Origin: Oculina patagonica | Lineage: Eukaryota | Direction: 5' to 3' | Assembly: GCF_052425735.1 (NCBI RefSeq) | Contig: NC_135758.1 | Coordinates: 28,024,001 to 28,088,000, forward strand | Length of the DNA: 64,000 nt | Shown here: positions 33,756-46,100 of the stretch, piece after piece | How positions within the stretch are numbered: position 1 is the stretch's first letter | Layout: every line of letters begins with the position of its first letter | Position numbers and translations under genes: made by a program | Notes under the pieces: generated by a model | The model's database searches: none | Seen by the model: the letters and a program-made list of their open reading frames with translations, nothing else | What the model was told of the DNA's origin: nothing

Positions 33756-36540
33756 ATCACCGAGCTCAAACTTTACCATCTTTATTATTTACTATCTCAT
33801 CTAAATCTCTTTACGATGTCATGTACATTGCCAAGCCAACTAGTAAGAAGAATCAAGCTGAAAATCATCACTTTATCTTAGTAATACTAAAAAGAAAACA
33901 AATATCATTTCAGAAGACCACAGTGAAAAAACCCCACTTTTCTGACGGGTGCAGAGGAAACATAACCACACCGATTGACTTTCATTTGTTTTCTCAGCTT
34001 GACTGAAATATATAATAATATGCAACAGTTCTTTTTTTCCGTTTGCGCTTCTTGTCAAAACAGACCTTATTTTAATAGCTGTCATACTTGTTGGTTTTAA
34101 CGATTTAGTCGTTAGTGTTTTTCTTCTTGTTTTGGACAAAGTGCCCGCCTGTAATAATAGGACATTGTAAATGAATTCTTAGATAGCATTTTTTCACGAA
34201 AGATTAATTTACAAATAAGAGCATGTTTTTACTGCTTTGATCATTTTGCAATGTGTGGTTTAATTTCTTTAAAAAATTGCTGGTTTTAGGAACGTCCGCA
34301 TGGTTTAATTTCACAACCGTTTTGTTCTACCGGTGATTTCAGACATAATTTAAGTTACAACAACGGGCAAATGCGGAAAAAGGAAGTCGGTCGGCAAACG
34401 GAAATGTTTTTTAGGAAATGTTAGGAAAGTACTGAATCTACAAAACCGTTCGTTGTAAAGCTTCCAAAGGCGAGAGCCGACTAGGAAGAAAGTGATCTCC
34501 CGTTCTTGGTTTGACAGCTGGTCAAGTCATTCATATAGGTCAAGTGGCGAGCTAGGTGGTTTAAGTACTCTTGAAGAACAGTTTTTCCTCCTTTAGGCAA
34601 CTTCCCGTTTTGTCAAGGCATGGTGGTCGTTGATGGGCAGAAATTCTTAGGAAAGTTATAACTTATAGCAACTGAACCGCACAAGATCGGGAAATTTAGG
34701 AGTTAGTTCACATTTGGTCAAAACCATCGCATTTAAGAAAAGATGATTACTTGTTCCCCGCGCAGCATTTGTGTTAAAAGAAAAACTTCTTTCCCGCCTT
34801 TTTGTCTTTTCCCCCCTTAAACACAATAATACCATAAGTACCAGTTTTCTTCATCTTAATGCTTCAGCCGATAAACTGATCTAAAGGCTGATGCACGTGA
34901 TATTTCCGCGCGTATAAAGTCGCTAAAAGGGACCAGCTATCCAGGGAACTCTATGCTCAAACTAGACTCCGGGGGTTAGCTAGCCTATAGGCTTTTAAGC
35001 CCGGGCCTACAAATTTCTTACCCTATCGCATTTTTAAAATGTGTAATAGAGAGCAATTCAGGCTTAAAAGCACTTTCAAGAGGAAATGGAAAGCAATATG
35101 CATCATAAATATCGCAACTAATATAGCTTAATATCGCAATTGATCAAGACCCAAGCACGTAGAAACTCGGGTGACATCTTGAGTAGTCAAGTGATAGGTA
35201 TATGTCGTTAAGGCAAGTGCGTATATATGTTTAGCAATGAGTGAAAGTTGGTCCATTCTCTGTAACAAAATGTCAAAATACAGTTTTTGCCAAACTGCAC
35301 TTTTGGAAGTCTTCACTTATCGAGAGCATGTCCCCGGACCCCCCGTCCCCCCCCAGCCCCCCCAGAGGCGACTAGGCCCACAAATCCAGAAAGCTGGCTA
35401 CGCCCCGAAGTAATTAATCAGTGCCCACGATCTTAATTGCAGTAATATAGCGGTTGCCTTTGGATGATTTCCATAACTCTACGCGGACCACGCTCCACCA
35501 AAGATCGTGAACGAAAATGTGTAGAAAAAATATATGCTTGAAGGACATTTTAATTTCTTTTTACCATAGCTTGTTGCTTGACTAAGCGCCTGGAGTTAGC
35601 TATTCTTACCACAATTGTTTAATTCCAAATATAAATAATATAATATTCATTAATTGATAAATTCAAGAGAAACACATCCACACAAAACTGTAGATTTTGT
35701 TTGCATATAAAAGTGTTATCTTAAAGCTCAAACATCTACCTTAACAAGTCTAGATTCTGACTTGCTCACCTAGGAGCGGTTTAAAAAACTGAATTTCCTT
35801 TTTCTCCTCTGGATAACATCATAATTTTTGGTATTATAGAAACTTTAAATGCACAGTTTTACAATGTATAAGCCAAACACTGATTAACTATTGCAACAGA
35901 GTTCTTTTGTTAAACAGATGATAAACTCGAATGACAAAACTAATGAGGCTCAAATATTTGTTACCGGTAAATATCACTGTAAGATCAAATTTTTAATTAC
36001 AAGACTGAAAATATATGTACCGGCCAAAACGAAATTATTTACTTTTTTGACCTTTTTAAAGTTTAAATAAAGATAAAAATTAAAAACTGCGTCCCCTACG
36101 TATCGACCTGAAACTTTTTCTTACATTTTCTTGTCTAGCCGTTGTGAATTATCTCTGGTAAAATTTCAACAATCCTTGTGTCAATACACCCTGCCTCTGC
36201 CAATAAAACATCTCTCTTTTTTCAAAGGCGTCACTAAGATATTCAACCGAGATTTCTGCGATTGATGACCCAAAGACATTGCAAAATTGTTATTAAAAAC
36301 ATCATTTCCAGGAGTTTTTCCTTATGGGCAAGTTTTAACAATGTTTGACATTCATCATTGGTTATTAGTCTACCCTCACATTTCTTACTCGCTTCACTCG
36401 AGAACTTTTAATTGGTAAATTTGGAATTTTACTTTCTGCTGAATAGCTTAGTGAAATAAAAGTTGATTTTGTGAGCTCATTATCAAAAGAACGATCAATT
36501 AAAATGACTCCACTGAAAAAAAGAAACCTTATTCAACTAA

Positions 36541-36768
36541 NNNNNNNNNNNNNNNNNNNNNNNNNNNNNNNNNNNNNNNNNNNNNNNNNNNNNNNNNNNN
36601 NNNNNNNNNNNNNNNNNNNNNNNNNNNNNNNNNNNNNNNNNNNNNNNNNNNNNNNNNNNNNNNNNNNNNNNNNNNNNNNNNNNNNNNNNNNNNNNNNNNN
36701 NNNNNNNNNNNNNNNNNNNNNNNNNNNNNNNNNNNNNNNNNNNNNNNNNNNNNNNNNNNNNNNNNNNN
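36541..36768. other. Assembly gap
   Basis: Run of N. Confidence 1.
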
Positions 36769-36774
36769 TGGAAA

Positions 36775-36883
36775 ACGCGATGGACTAGCATCACATCCAG
36801 GGAGGAGTAGAAATACTCCTGGTTGCTTCATGCTACGGAAACCGCCATTACGCTCGTATGCAGACTTTACCTTTACCCTTACC
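36775..36883 (+). mobile_element. 3' part of a tRNA-derived SINE
   Basis: GCGATGGACTAGCATC...GGAGTAGAAATACTCCT...GCTTCATGCTAC with (TTTACC)n tail; resembles the 3' part of the SINE at ~62980-63180. Confidence 0.6.
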
Positions 36884-37585
36884 ACACGCCTAAAGAATAA
36901 ATATGAACCCCTTTTAAGAGTTAATAGCGTCCCAAATTAAGAGCATTTTTCTATATATCTAACATTTTTTCAATGAATCATTTTTGAAAGACTCTTAACA
37001 ATACTCAACCATATCAAAGTTGAAATAATTAGAAGGTCTTTTGAGATGCAATATTTAAGAAAACTGGAAACTGTATATAAACAATAAACTTATGAAACAG
37101 ATGTTTGCCTGTTACCAACGATTGTCAAAATTTGAATTTAAATTTATATTATTTGCATTCTAAGGGGGACGCTTCACACGGCAGCCAACACTTCTAACTG
37201 CTCTTTGTTTAGATGATAGGGAAATGCTTCCCCTGATTGGTTAAAACAAATGAGTATATCTTAAGAGGGATGCAGGGAAACAACTTTCATGCTGACAAGA
37301 GTCAGATATTACAGATGAAATTTTAGAATTTATCCAGCGGTTGCAGGCTTACCCTAACTACAAGGATAACCGAATCGCCTGGGATATCTTTTGGAAGAAA
37401 CTGAGCCGCTTAAACCTCAAAAACAACATTTTTTGTGGAATAAGCATTAACTTTCGAAAACAGCAACGACATGGACAATCTTTGATCTTGGGAACGGCTT
37501 CTATAGTTTAGTTCGCTGGTGCACTCGATTATTGTCTTACTAAATTCAGCGTTTAAGAGAGTACAAGAAGTTAACCGAGTAAATA

Positions 37586-37780
37586 ATGTCTCGTTATTCG
37601 GATGACGAAGTAACTTGGGAAGTTCGCCTGATGGTGACTTGTATCGTCGTATTTTACACTATTGCTGGAGTGTTCTTGGTTCGAGAATGCTGGCCACTCG
37701 TGAAAGATATCTGGCGATCGTATTTTCCAGAAGAAAAGAAGATAAAGTCTCCGGATTTAAAAACTAAGAAGACAATCTGA
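37586..37780 (+). CDS. Candidate single-pass membrane microprotein B (64 aa)
   Basis: A at -3; upstream TACTAAATTCAG branch/acceptor; acidic N-terminus, TM LMVTCIVVFYTIAGVFLV, Lys-rich tail; AATAAA at 38048. Confidence 0.55.
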   Translation: MSRYSDDEVTWEVRLMVTCIVVFYTIAGVFLVRECWPLVKDIWRSYFPEEKKIKSPDLKTKKTI

Positions 37781-38266
37781 CAGGGTAGCTGTAAAGTTTT
37801 GAACTTCTTCCAGTTTGACAAAATGGAAACTGCAGTGAATATATACTGTATATAAACACAAACTTTGTAATACTGGTCGCTGTGGCGGCGTCGTTAACAT
37901 GCACTTGTCGTGAACACCTGTAAACTGAATTTAATTCTTAGATGTGAACTATACTCTGACTTTCAAACCTCAATGTCAAATTTGAAAAGAAAAAGGTTTT
38001 TCAATTGTTTGTACTTGTAGAAGAAGCTAAGTGGGGGAAATGAAAGAAATAAATATATGTACCAATGCTCTCGTTCTGGTTGTAAGTTAATTGTTTGACG
38101 CTGACTATTTTCAAACCCTTCTGCTTGTGCTGAAGCCTTCGTCAGCCTTTATCGCATTTTATTACCAAAGAGAGCTTTATGAAAACGAGTTCAAACTTAA
38201 CGCATATTTAGTCATTTTTCCCGACTTATCTTAAAGTTTTACAAAAACTGTCCAAATCATCCCCAC

Positions 38267-38373
38267 CCGTCCGTTCGTTCTTTTGTTTCTTCGTTCATTC
38301 TTTCGTTCATTCTTTCGTTCGTTCTTTCGTTGTTCGTTCGTTCTTTCTTTGTTCGTTCGTTCGTTCGTTCGTT
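38267..38373. repeat. (TTCG/TTCT)n low-complexity repeat
   Basis: Degenerate tetranucleotide array. Confidence 0.85.
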
Positions 38374-39570
38374 ACGTTTTAAGCATTCTTAGAAAAAAAA
38401 GGTATAAAATCGTTTGCAATTATAATCGAAATTATAAAACTGCGTTTGATTTCCGAATAGGAAAGTAGTGTTTTGCTTTTGAATATTCATATGATCGTTG
38501 CCGATTTGGCGAGGCAAATTCGAAAACTTCCCCCAGATTGAAGATTACTCGACTCACAGCTTAATTGTGTTTACTTTAAAATCAAAATAGTTTATTTAGA
38601 GAGCGTTTTGGTACGCCTATACACAAAGTTAAACAAATAAGTCCAAAAATTGCTAGCTTAATGTTTGCAAGATCATTTCATTTTTGTTTTTTCTTCGTTT
38701 TTGTGCACTAATAGACGCTTAAGCCTACAGGACTCTCTTTTTGACACTAAGAAATATAGATAGATAACACAGTGCTTCGTATTCTTTTACCGCCAGAGAT
38801 GTCTTCAGCTTAAACAAATATTTTACTTTATTTCTCACTTCTCGTCTTCGAAACGTGAGACCATCTGGGCCCGAGCGTTTCTTGATATAAAAAAGTCAAT
38901 TAAAATTTGCTTTAATTTCCTTCAGCTTTTGCTGGAGCTAATTTGTCGACTTTTCGGGAGGAGACTTTTGTTTTATGGCTAGAGCGTAGAAATTGTTCAC
39001 TTCTATTGTCCAATCTCCTGTAGACTATTCTTAATCTGTTACTCCTGACGTCGTTGTGTAATTATGGGCATTAGCATACGTGCATTTGACGCGAATAAAT
39101 TTCAACCTCAGCTGTCTTCATTTTCAAAAAAGCTCTGGTTTAAAGAATTGTTCAAGTCCTTCATCTTTTAAATTGTAAGTTTTTGTTTCTACTGTTTTCG
39201 TTAACTGCGTTTTCCTTGTTTGCATTTTAACGTGTTAAAACACCTTTCAAAAGTAGAAAGTTGTTTATGTTATAAGCGTATGGCACACCAATTATAGAAG
39301 CTGCATTTGAAATGTTATCTTCTAAAGAAAGGTTTCTTGTGTAGCTTGGAAATTTAATTTGTTTTTCTCTTTTATAAATTCGTTGGAGATTTATTTTATT
39401 TTACTTTCCGAGCAACGAACTATCCACGGGTAAGGTAACGAATCCGATCACATCAACCGACATCGGAACGCGCCGGTCGACACACCAGCGACCCATCTTC
39501 GAGCGAGAAGAGTAAAACTCAATTATCGTCTCCGTCCGGTTTAATTTTCTTTCTTTTTATTTCAGGCGAG

Positions 39571-39771
39571 ATGGAAATCCACAGTGACTACATTATCTAC
39601 TTCATAAACTTCGTCATCTACGTTGTTCTTTGCGTTATGGTCATCAAACAGGCCAAGAAAGACATCTTTGCACCAAAGAAAAAAGAAGAGCCAGTTATGT
39701 GTCCAACCCACGGATGTCCATTAGATATTCCGCAGACCTATAAAGAACACATGTACATCAGGCGATCTTGA
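39571..39771 (+). CDS. Candidate single-pass membrane microprotein C (66 aa)
   Basis: Strong acceptor TTTCTTTCTTTTTATTTCAG 5 nt before GAG-ATG-G; upstream donors GTAAGT (39175) and GTAAGG (39430); TM YIIYFINFVIYVVLCVMVI followed by KQAKK; CPTHGC motif. Confidence 0.6.
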   Translation: MEIHSDYIIYFINFVIYVVLCVMVIKQAKKDIFAPKKKEEPVMCPTHGCPLDIPQTYKEHMYIRRS

Positions 39772-40448
39772 ATCCTGATATACACTACGATATCGGTAGT
39801 TAAACTGATTAAAACTGGATTTCTTGCTTAAACACTAAGCTTGCCCTCTGAAGAGACAACAAGAAATTAAAATTGAAACCTGACTGTCATGTTTCGATGT
39901 ATTATTTTGACGAGTTTGAGGAAAGGTGTAAAAAATATTCATAAACTGCTGATTTTAATTTTACGGTTGGAAAACTTCCATATTTCCATATTTTAAAGGT
40001 AGCAACAAACATAACATATGAATGATCCGTTTTGCTTTTTTAGAATAATTGCGTATATCTAAAACTCTGATTCGGTTTACCGAAAATAAGAAAAAAAATT
40101 CGCCCAGGATATCAGAGTTGTCTATAACAGAAAACTTATAATTTGAAATAAATTTGGCGGGCACACGAACTATACTTCCAAATTGACTTTTGTCTTAGAG
40201 GTTCCCCCACAGAGGTGAACTGCATTAACATCGAAATAGTCACAATATTTTGTTCTCGTTGCAAGCTGTTTTCAGAAGAGTCAGAAGAGTCTCTCTCTCA
40301 AAAAAACGTTCTCCTGATCTTGAGTCCTAAAAACACAATGTTACATAAAGGTTTACTGCTATTTTGTTACAGTTTGTGGCAATAAAACAGTCTAAAATGC
40401 GAGGCAAAATCTTGAACTAAAGAAACACAGAATCTTGCTAATTGCTAA

Positions 40449-40652
40449 ATGTGCTGTAAGCTTTATTTTAACTACCAAGACATAGAAAGCCCCAAGAGTT
40501 TTGCTCCCTTATATGTGTCCCTGCTTCTTTCAGTAGTTTTTGCTTCTTTTGTTGGTTGCTATACATTTTTAAAATGTCGGATTAGAGAATATGCAAACAC
40601 AACAAGCCAAAGTCCACCATATCTAAGAAATGTTTTTATTCTCAAGCCCTGA
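40449..40652 (+). CDS. Candidate single-pass membrane microprotein D (67 aa)
   Basis: TM LYVSLLLSVVFASFVGCYTFL followed by KCRIR; upstream acceptor TATTTTGTTACAG (~40372); weak start context. Confidence 0.3.
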   Translation: MCCKLYFNYQDIESPKSFAPLYVSLLLSVVFASFVGCYTFLKCRIREYANTTSQSPPYLRNVFILKP

Positions 40653-41793
40653 GAAAAAGAAAGGAAAAGTGAAATCATAGATTCATCGGTCGAAAGAGTC
40701 GCAAGCAATAAACGTCGCTGGGTTTTACCTATTTATATAAACGGCCCTGTTTCAAAGGGTCCAGCCTGTGTCTTACCATACGGCAGTCGGCGGTTGAAGT
40801 CTCGAACGGTGAAACTTTGTCCCTTAAACCGAATATTCTATCTAGTGAATTTGCCAGACAATGCATCACGCACTTTTTTTATCCAGAAAAGGTTACAGAT
40901 TTATAGTTATAGCCACTATGACAAGCTCAATCTCTATATCAAGTTATGTGCCGTTTCGCTGAATATTTGCGGCATACCAAATTGACATTGAGGGCAAAAG
41001 GAAAACATTTTTTTCTATGAAAGGGACGATGCCTCATATTGTTACTTCTGCTAAAAACTGAAATTATATGAAGTTAAAACGTGGCTATCGACCATTTTCA
41101 CGCTGAAAATTTTAATAGACTATTTTATTTATGTCCATACAACTAGAACTTATATTTTCCAAGTAAACCAGATTTTTTTTATCAGGAAGACACCTACCAT
41201 TTTCTCTATCCTTTATTTATTCTTAAAATAAATATTGCTTTGTGGCTGACTGAGCTTGTTGTTTCATCAGCAGGTTATATAAATATATAGTCGACACCTT
41301 GCAATATGTTTTGGACTGTGCTATGTTTAATCAGCACGCAAGTTGAGAAACATCATTTTAAAACTGCTTCGAGTATCAGTATATTTTATGACACCCATGA
41401 ATAAAGAGCTCTGTTTTATTTTTATACCTTTTCCTTTGCCCTTTTCCAGTATTAACGAATGAATTCTCCATGAAGATCTCTCCATATTTCGCATAGTAAC
41501 AGTTCGGAGAATCTAGAAATTGAAATTGTTTATCCTTCATCACGTTGTAACAGCAAAGGCCAAAAAAATGCCTTTGCTAGCCAGAAAAACAAATATTTGC
41601 TGGAATGAAATATCAGTCACCCAGTATGCCTTGTTTGAACAGTCTCTTAACTGTAAACTTTTGTTGCACAAACTTAAAGCTTTCTGGCAGCTAATACAAT
41701 ATACCAACACGGGTGAAAAAGGCACTTCTTAGCTATAAAAGTAGATATTATCTAGTATTTTTTATTACTTGCTTGAAAGCAACTAGCAGTAAT

Positions 41794-43126
41794 ATGTGGC
41801 TGATTATTACCGCCGCCCTGCTCGGGGCAGCTTTCTCTAGCAATCCTGAAGGTACTTGGAAAAAATCTTTTACCTACTTTTAATCTTGTTGATAGAACAT
41901 TGAATCAAAAATTTCATTTGAATAGAATGAATCACTGAATCTAACCATCTTGGACAACTAAAACCAACCAACAAGCTTTAGCTTGTTTTGTTTTTGTCTT
42001 TTTCAGAAAGCTACCATATTCGGAAATTTTTTGTACAATTTGCGTCCGAGTTTTTTTTTTTTTTCAATCTGTAACCTGCGCTGGTAACTATAGTTATTAA
42101 AAAATGCGTGTTTGCTTCGTTTATATAAAAGACGTTCAAAATATATGAGGGAGTTATGACTATAAAAGAACTAATATTTTTCCTTTCTTTACAGAAATAT
42201 ATAGGAGACTATTGACAAAAAATTAAACTGAAGTTTTCCTTACTATAATATAGAAAACATCGGAGCTTGGGATCCTAACTTGTTTGAAGGGGACATGTTG
42301 CTGACAGCTGAACAAAGGGCCGCCGCAGAAGCTGGCCAAGACGTGGATGCCCCAGTGTCCCGGGGCTCCATAAACAGAGGGCTGTGGAGAGAAGGAGTTT
42401 TAGTTTACAGAATCGACAGCAGTCTGAGTAAGTCGAATCTTCATCAAATTTCCACTAATTTTCACTTTTCCTATCTTGCTGGTACCCCCCAGCATAATGT
42501 CGCCGGTACCCATTTATACACCTGGGTGGAGAGAGGCACTTTGAGAGTAAAAAGTCTTGCCCAAGAACACAACACAATGACCCCGGTCAGGCCTCGAACC
42601 CGGACCGCTCGATCGGGAATCCGGCGCACTAACCATTAAGTCGCCGTGCCTTCCTTTATGGAGGACAATTAATAACGCTTAATCGTTCCGAAGTCCTTAA
42701 GTTCCCTAAAAAATGGGATTTTTTCAGAAACTGCTGCATTTGTGCATGCATCCCTTTAGTGAACATCCTGTTTTTGCCATATTACTTCATCTCAAATTTT
42801 CTTTATTTTGGAGGATTTGACATATAAGGAACTTGTATTCAGTTTCGGGTTTTCTTTATCCCTATGCACCCTTACTAAACCTTTGAATTCGTAGTCGTTT
42901 CAACTTGTATTTCTAGGCTATTTTTAGTGACTTCACTAAAATAATGTAATTTGCACTTTAATTAGGTCGCAATAGCAGAGCGATGAGTGCAATTAATGCT
43001 GGAATGAGAATGTGGAGTGAAAACACCTGTATCAAATTCAGAAAAGCTAGTGGAGGTGACAGGAGTTTCGCCAACTTTAAAAACGGAGGAGGGTGAGTTA
43101 CAGGGACGCATTTATCAATCACCTCT

Positions 43127-43172
<46 letters not shown>

Positions 43173-46100
43173 CAGTAAGTCAGTCAGTCAGTCAGTCAAT
43201 CAATTAGTCAGTCAGTCAGTCCGTCGTCAGTCAGTCAGTCAGTCTGTCAGTCCATTAATCAATCGATCTATCGATCTATCCATCGCGGATCCATAAGCCC
43301 ATGAAATCTTTTACTTCTCGCTCGTTTGATTCTGAGGGTCTGTTTATATGGAGAAGCGTTGCCACTGGAAGGAGGGTTAGAGGGTTGCCCTCCATACCGA
43401 GCCACCCCGGGAGAGAGAGCTTTTCATATGTTTCTTTTTAAATAGCTGCAAGCTGTTTATATGAGAAATTGCAAAGTTGGCTCGGGGGGCAGGGTGACCC
43501 TGGGTGGAGGGTCACTCGCTTTGAAGGTAGGGTGACCCTGGGGAGAGTGCCAAATTTATTCCATATAAACAGTTTGGTAATTTTTGCCCCACCTACCAGG
43601 ACAATGTCGACACTTTGCCCAAACGCTTCAATCGGCCAACAAAATGGAGGATAATTTAAAATTGAAGTCTGCTGTAAATTCCTCCAAACAATGGCCTTGA
43701 TCTTTCTAATTTTAGAAAAGGCCGCCATATTAGATTTTTTTTAAACAATTCTCGCCGGCCAGTCTTTTAAACTGGAGGGCAAAGTTTTGGCTCGGTCAAC
43801 AGGGACAACTTTTCTCAGTTTAAACACTCGGCAAAAGATGGCTCAGGGGAGAGCCTAACCCTCCTGCCAGGGACAACTCTACTCCGTATAAACAGGCCCT
43901 GAGTTTCGCAAAATAAGTTGCATCGGTGTACACAGGAAATATGCGCTCAAGCAAGTGTAAATACTGTCACGGGAAACAAGGTTCAAAAACGCTAGTCAAA
44001 AAGTAGACATACCATATTCTCTGAGTTCCATCGTATTACAAAACTCGTGTGAACTTCCTTTTAGAGTTATTCTTAGTGGCGTCTATTTTAACCTAATAAA
44101 CCCTTTGGTATATTTAAGTAAGAGTACAAAAAACAAAGGAGAGGGAAGACTCGAGGTAAAATATAGTTGCAATGCCTAAGAAAACAATAATAAAAAAGAT
44201 ATCCAAATATAAAGCATATACACAAGGATGCAAAAACCAAATTAAAAATGGGGATGGCTAGTACAGACCTCGAGTAGTCCCAATTATTCTTCCTAGTCTG
44301 ACGATTATTGGCGTAGTAGAAACGAATGTTGCGCTGAATCTGCTGCCACTCTGATTGTGTTACTATATGGACAGGTGTTCTTCATATGTTGGTCAACTGA
44401 CTGGAAGACAACAGCCGATCACTTTAGCTTCTGGATGCTGGACTCCCGGGATAGTTGCACACGAGATCGGTGAGTACTTCAAATAAAGCACAGTGGTCTG
44501 TAACCATTGAAATCACCGTTTATAAAACATATTATTTGTTCTTGTAGTATGAAAGTAATACATAATTTATCAAACAGAGGTCACACGAATAGAATAAACT
44601 ATCAACAGTGTAACATAATTGTCTCATTACGTAGTTTTGTCTGAAATCATTTTTAATTTTCTCCGGCAATGTACGATTGGGTGAATGCGTACTCTTAACT
44701 GCTTTGTTGTTGAGTTGGTAATGGAAATATTTTGCAGTTTTTTTTTCTTTGTTTTTTTTTAGAAATAAAAGGGATTCTCAATCCTGTCTAAATTTTATTC
44801 TTAGACAAGAAAATCTAAGTATGATTAGTACAATAGAATCCCGATTTCTCGACCCTCAGGGGGGGGGGGGGGAATTACAGAGAAGTACTATCCAAGGGTA
44901 ACGAAAATTTGTTCGAGAAATCGGGAGTTTTTGAGAAACCGAGGGTTCAAGAAACCGGGATTCAACTGTATGAGTAGGATGCGAAAGTAGGAGTAGAATT
45001 CGTTGTAAGACCATTTCACCTCAAATTGCCAAAATTTGTCCTTCCTATAATGCCTCTTGTCTTCTTGGCAGCAGTTCATCATTTGGATCTTAACAGAACG
45101 ATTCTGGGCCTATATACAACAGACAGTAATGGAATCTTCCCTTTTAGGTCACGCACTTGGTTTTTACCACGAACAATCCAGGCCTGACAGAGATGAGTAT
45201 GTCACCATTTATCGACAAAACATTATGGGAGGTATGATCTAACCATAGCCTATTTTCTAATCGGGATTTTCCTATCTAATAAATTATTTACTTATTGAAT
45301 TTTTAAAGAATTTTAAACACCAGTTATATTAAAAGTTATTTTACATGTTTACATGAAAGATATACCCAATAAACAAAGAAGAGATAAAGTCAATAAAAAT
45401 GGTATTAGAATGATGGTATTGTACAATGCAAGACCCGGATTTGTAGAAGCTTTATCAGCTAATGTCTCCAAGCATTTCCACCCCAAACCTTGACAGAACC
45501 GAACAGGCAAAGACCAGACCACAACAATGGGAACTTTGTGCCCTACTCTTTGCGATAAGCTGATATGTGTTTTAGTTCTCTAAAGTCCCCTGCAGCGAAT
45601 TATACCGAAGATGCAGGATATTGTATTGATATTAGTATTAGTGTAGTTTTTTTAGTTTTAGCAGTGTCCCCTGATTAGTTTGGTGTATTATTCCCAGGCT
45701 ATAAGGTTTTGACACTTTAATAAAGTTTTCACTCACAGTCATTCACTCACAGGAGACGGGGCCTACAGTTTATCGTCCTTATCCGAGAAGACTAGGATAT
45801 CTAGCCACTAGTATGCTCTTGGTAATAACTTTCCTTTAAGATTCATGGCAGTTACTGGACAATTAGTAGTGCATATACTGAACATGTCTTCCCACTTGTT
45901 TCCCATCAGGTATGGAGTTTAACTTCAACAAATACGACCGCTCCAAAATTGACTCTCTTGGGACACCATATGATTACGGGAGTGTCATGCACTATGAATC
46001 GAAAGCTTTCAGCAGGAATGGGCGTCCGACTATTCTACCAAAGAAACAGGGGGTAGGTATGACAACGCAGCACGCACAATTAAATGGCAGTGGGTGTTAA

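Noticed and set aside
36471-36885. ORFs spanning the N run
   Set aside because: Artefacts of the assembly gap.
38283-38468. 61-aa hydrophobic ORF as a fifth microprotein
   Set aside because: Translation of a TTCG microsatellite with a non-ATG start.
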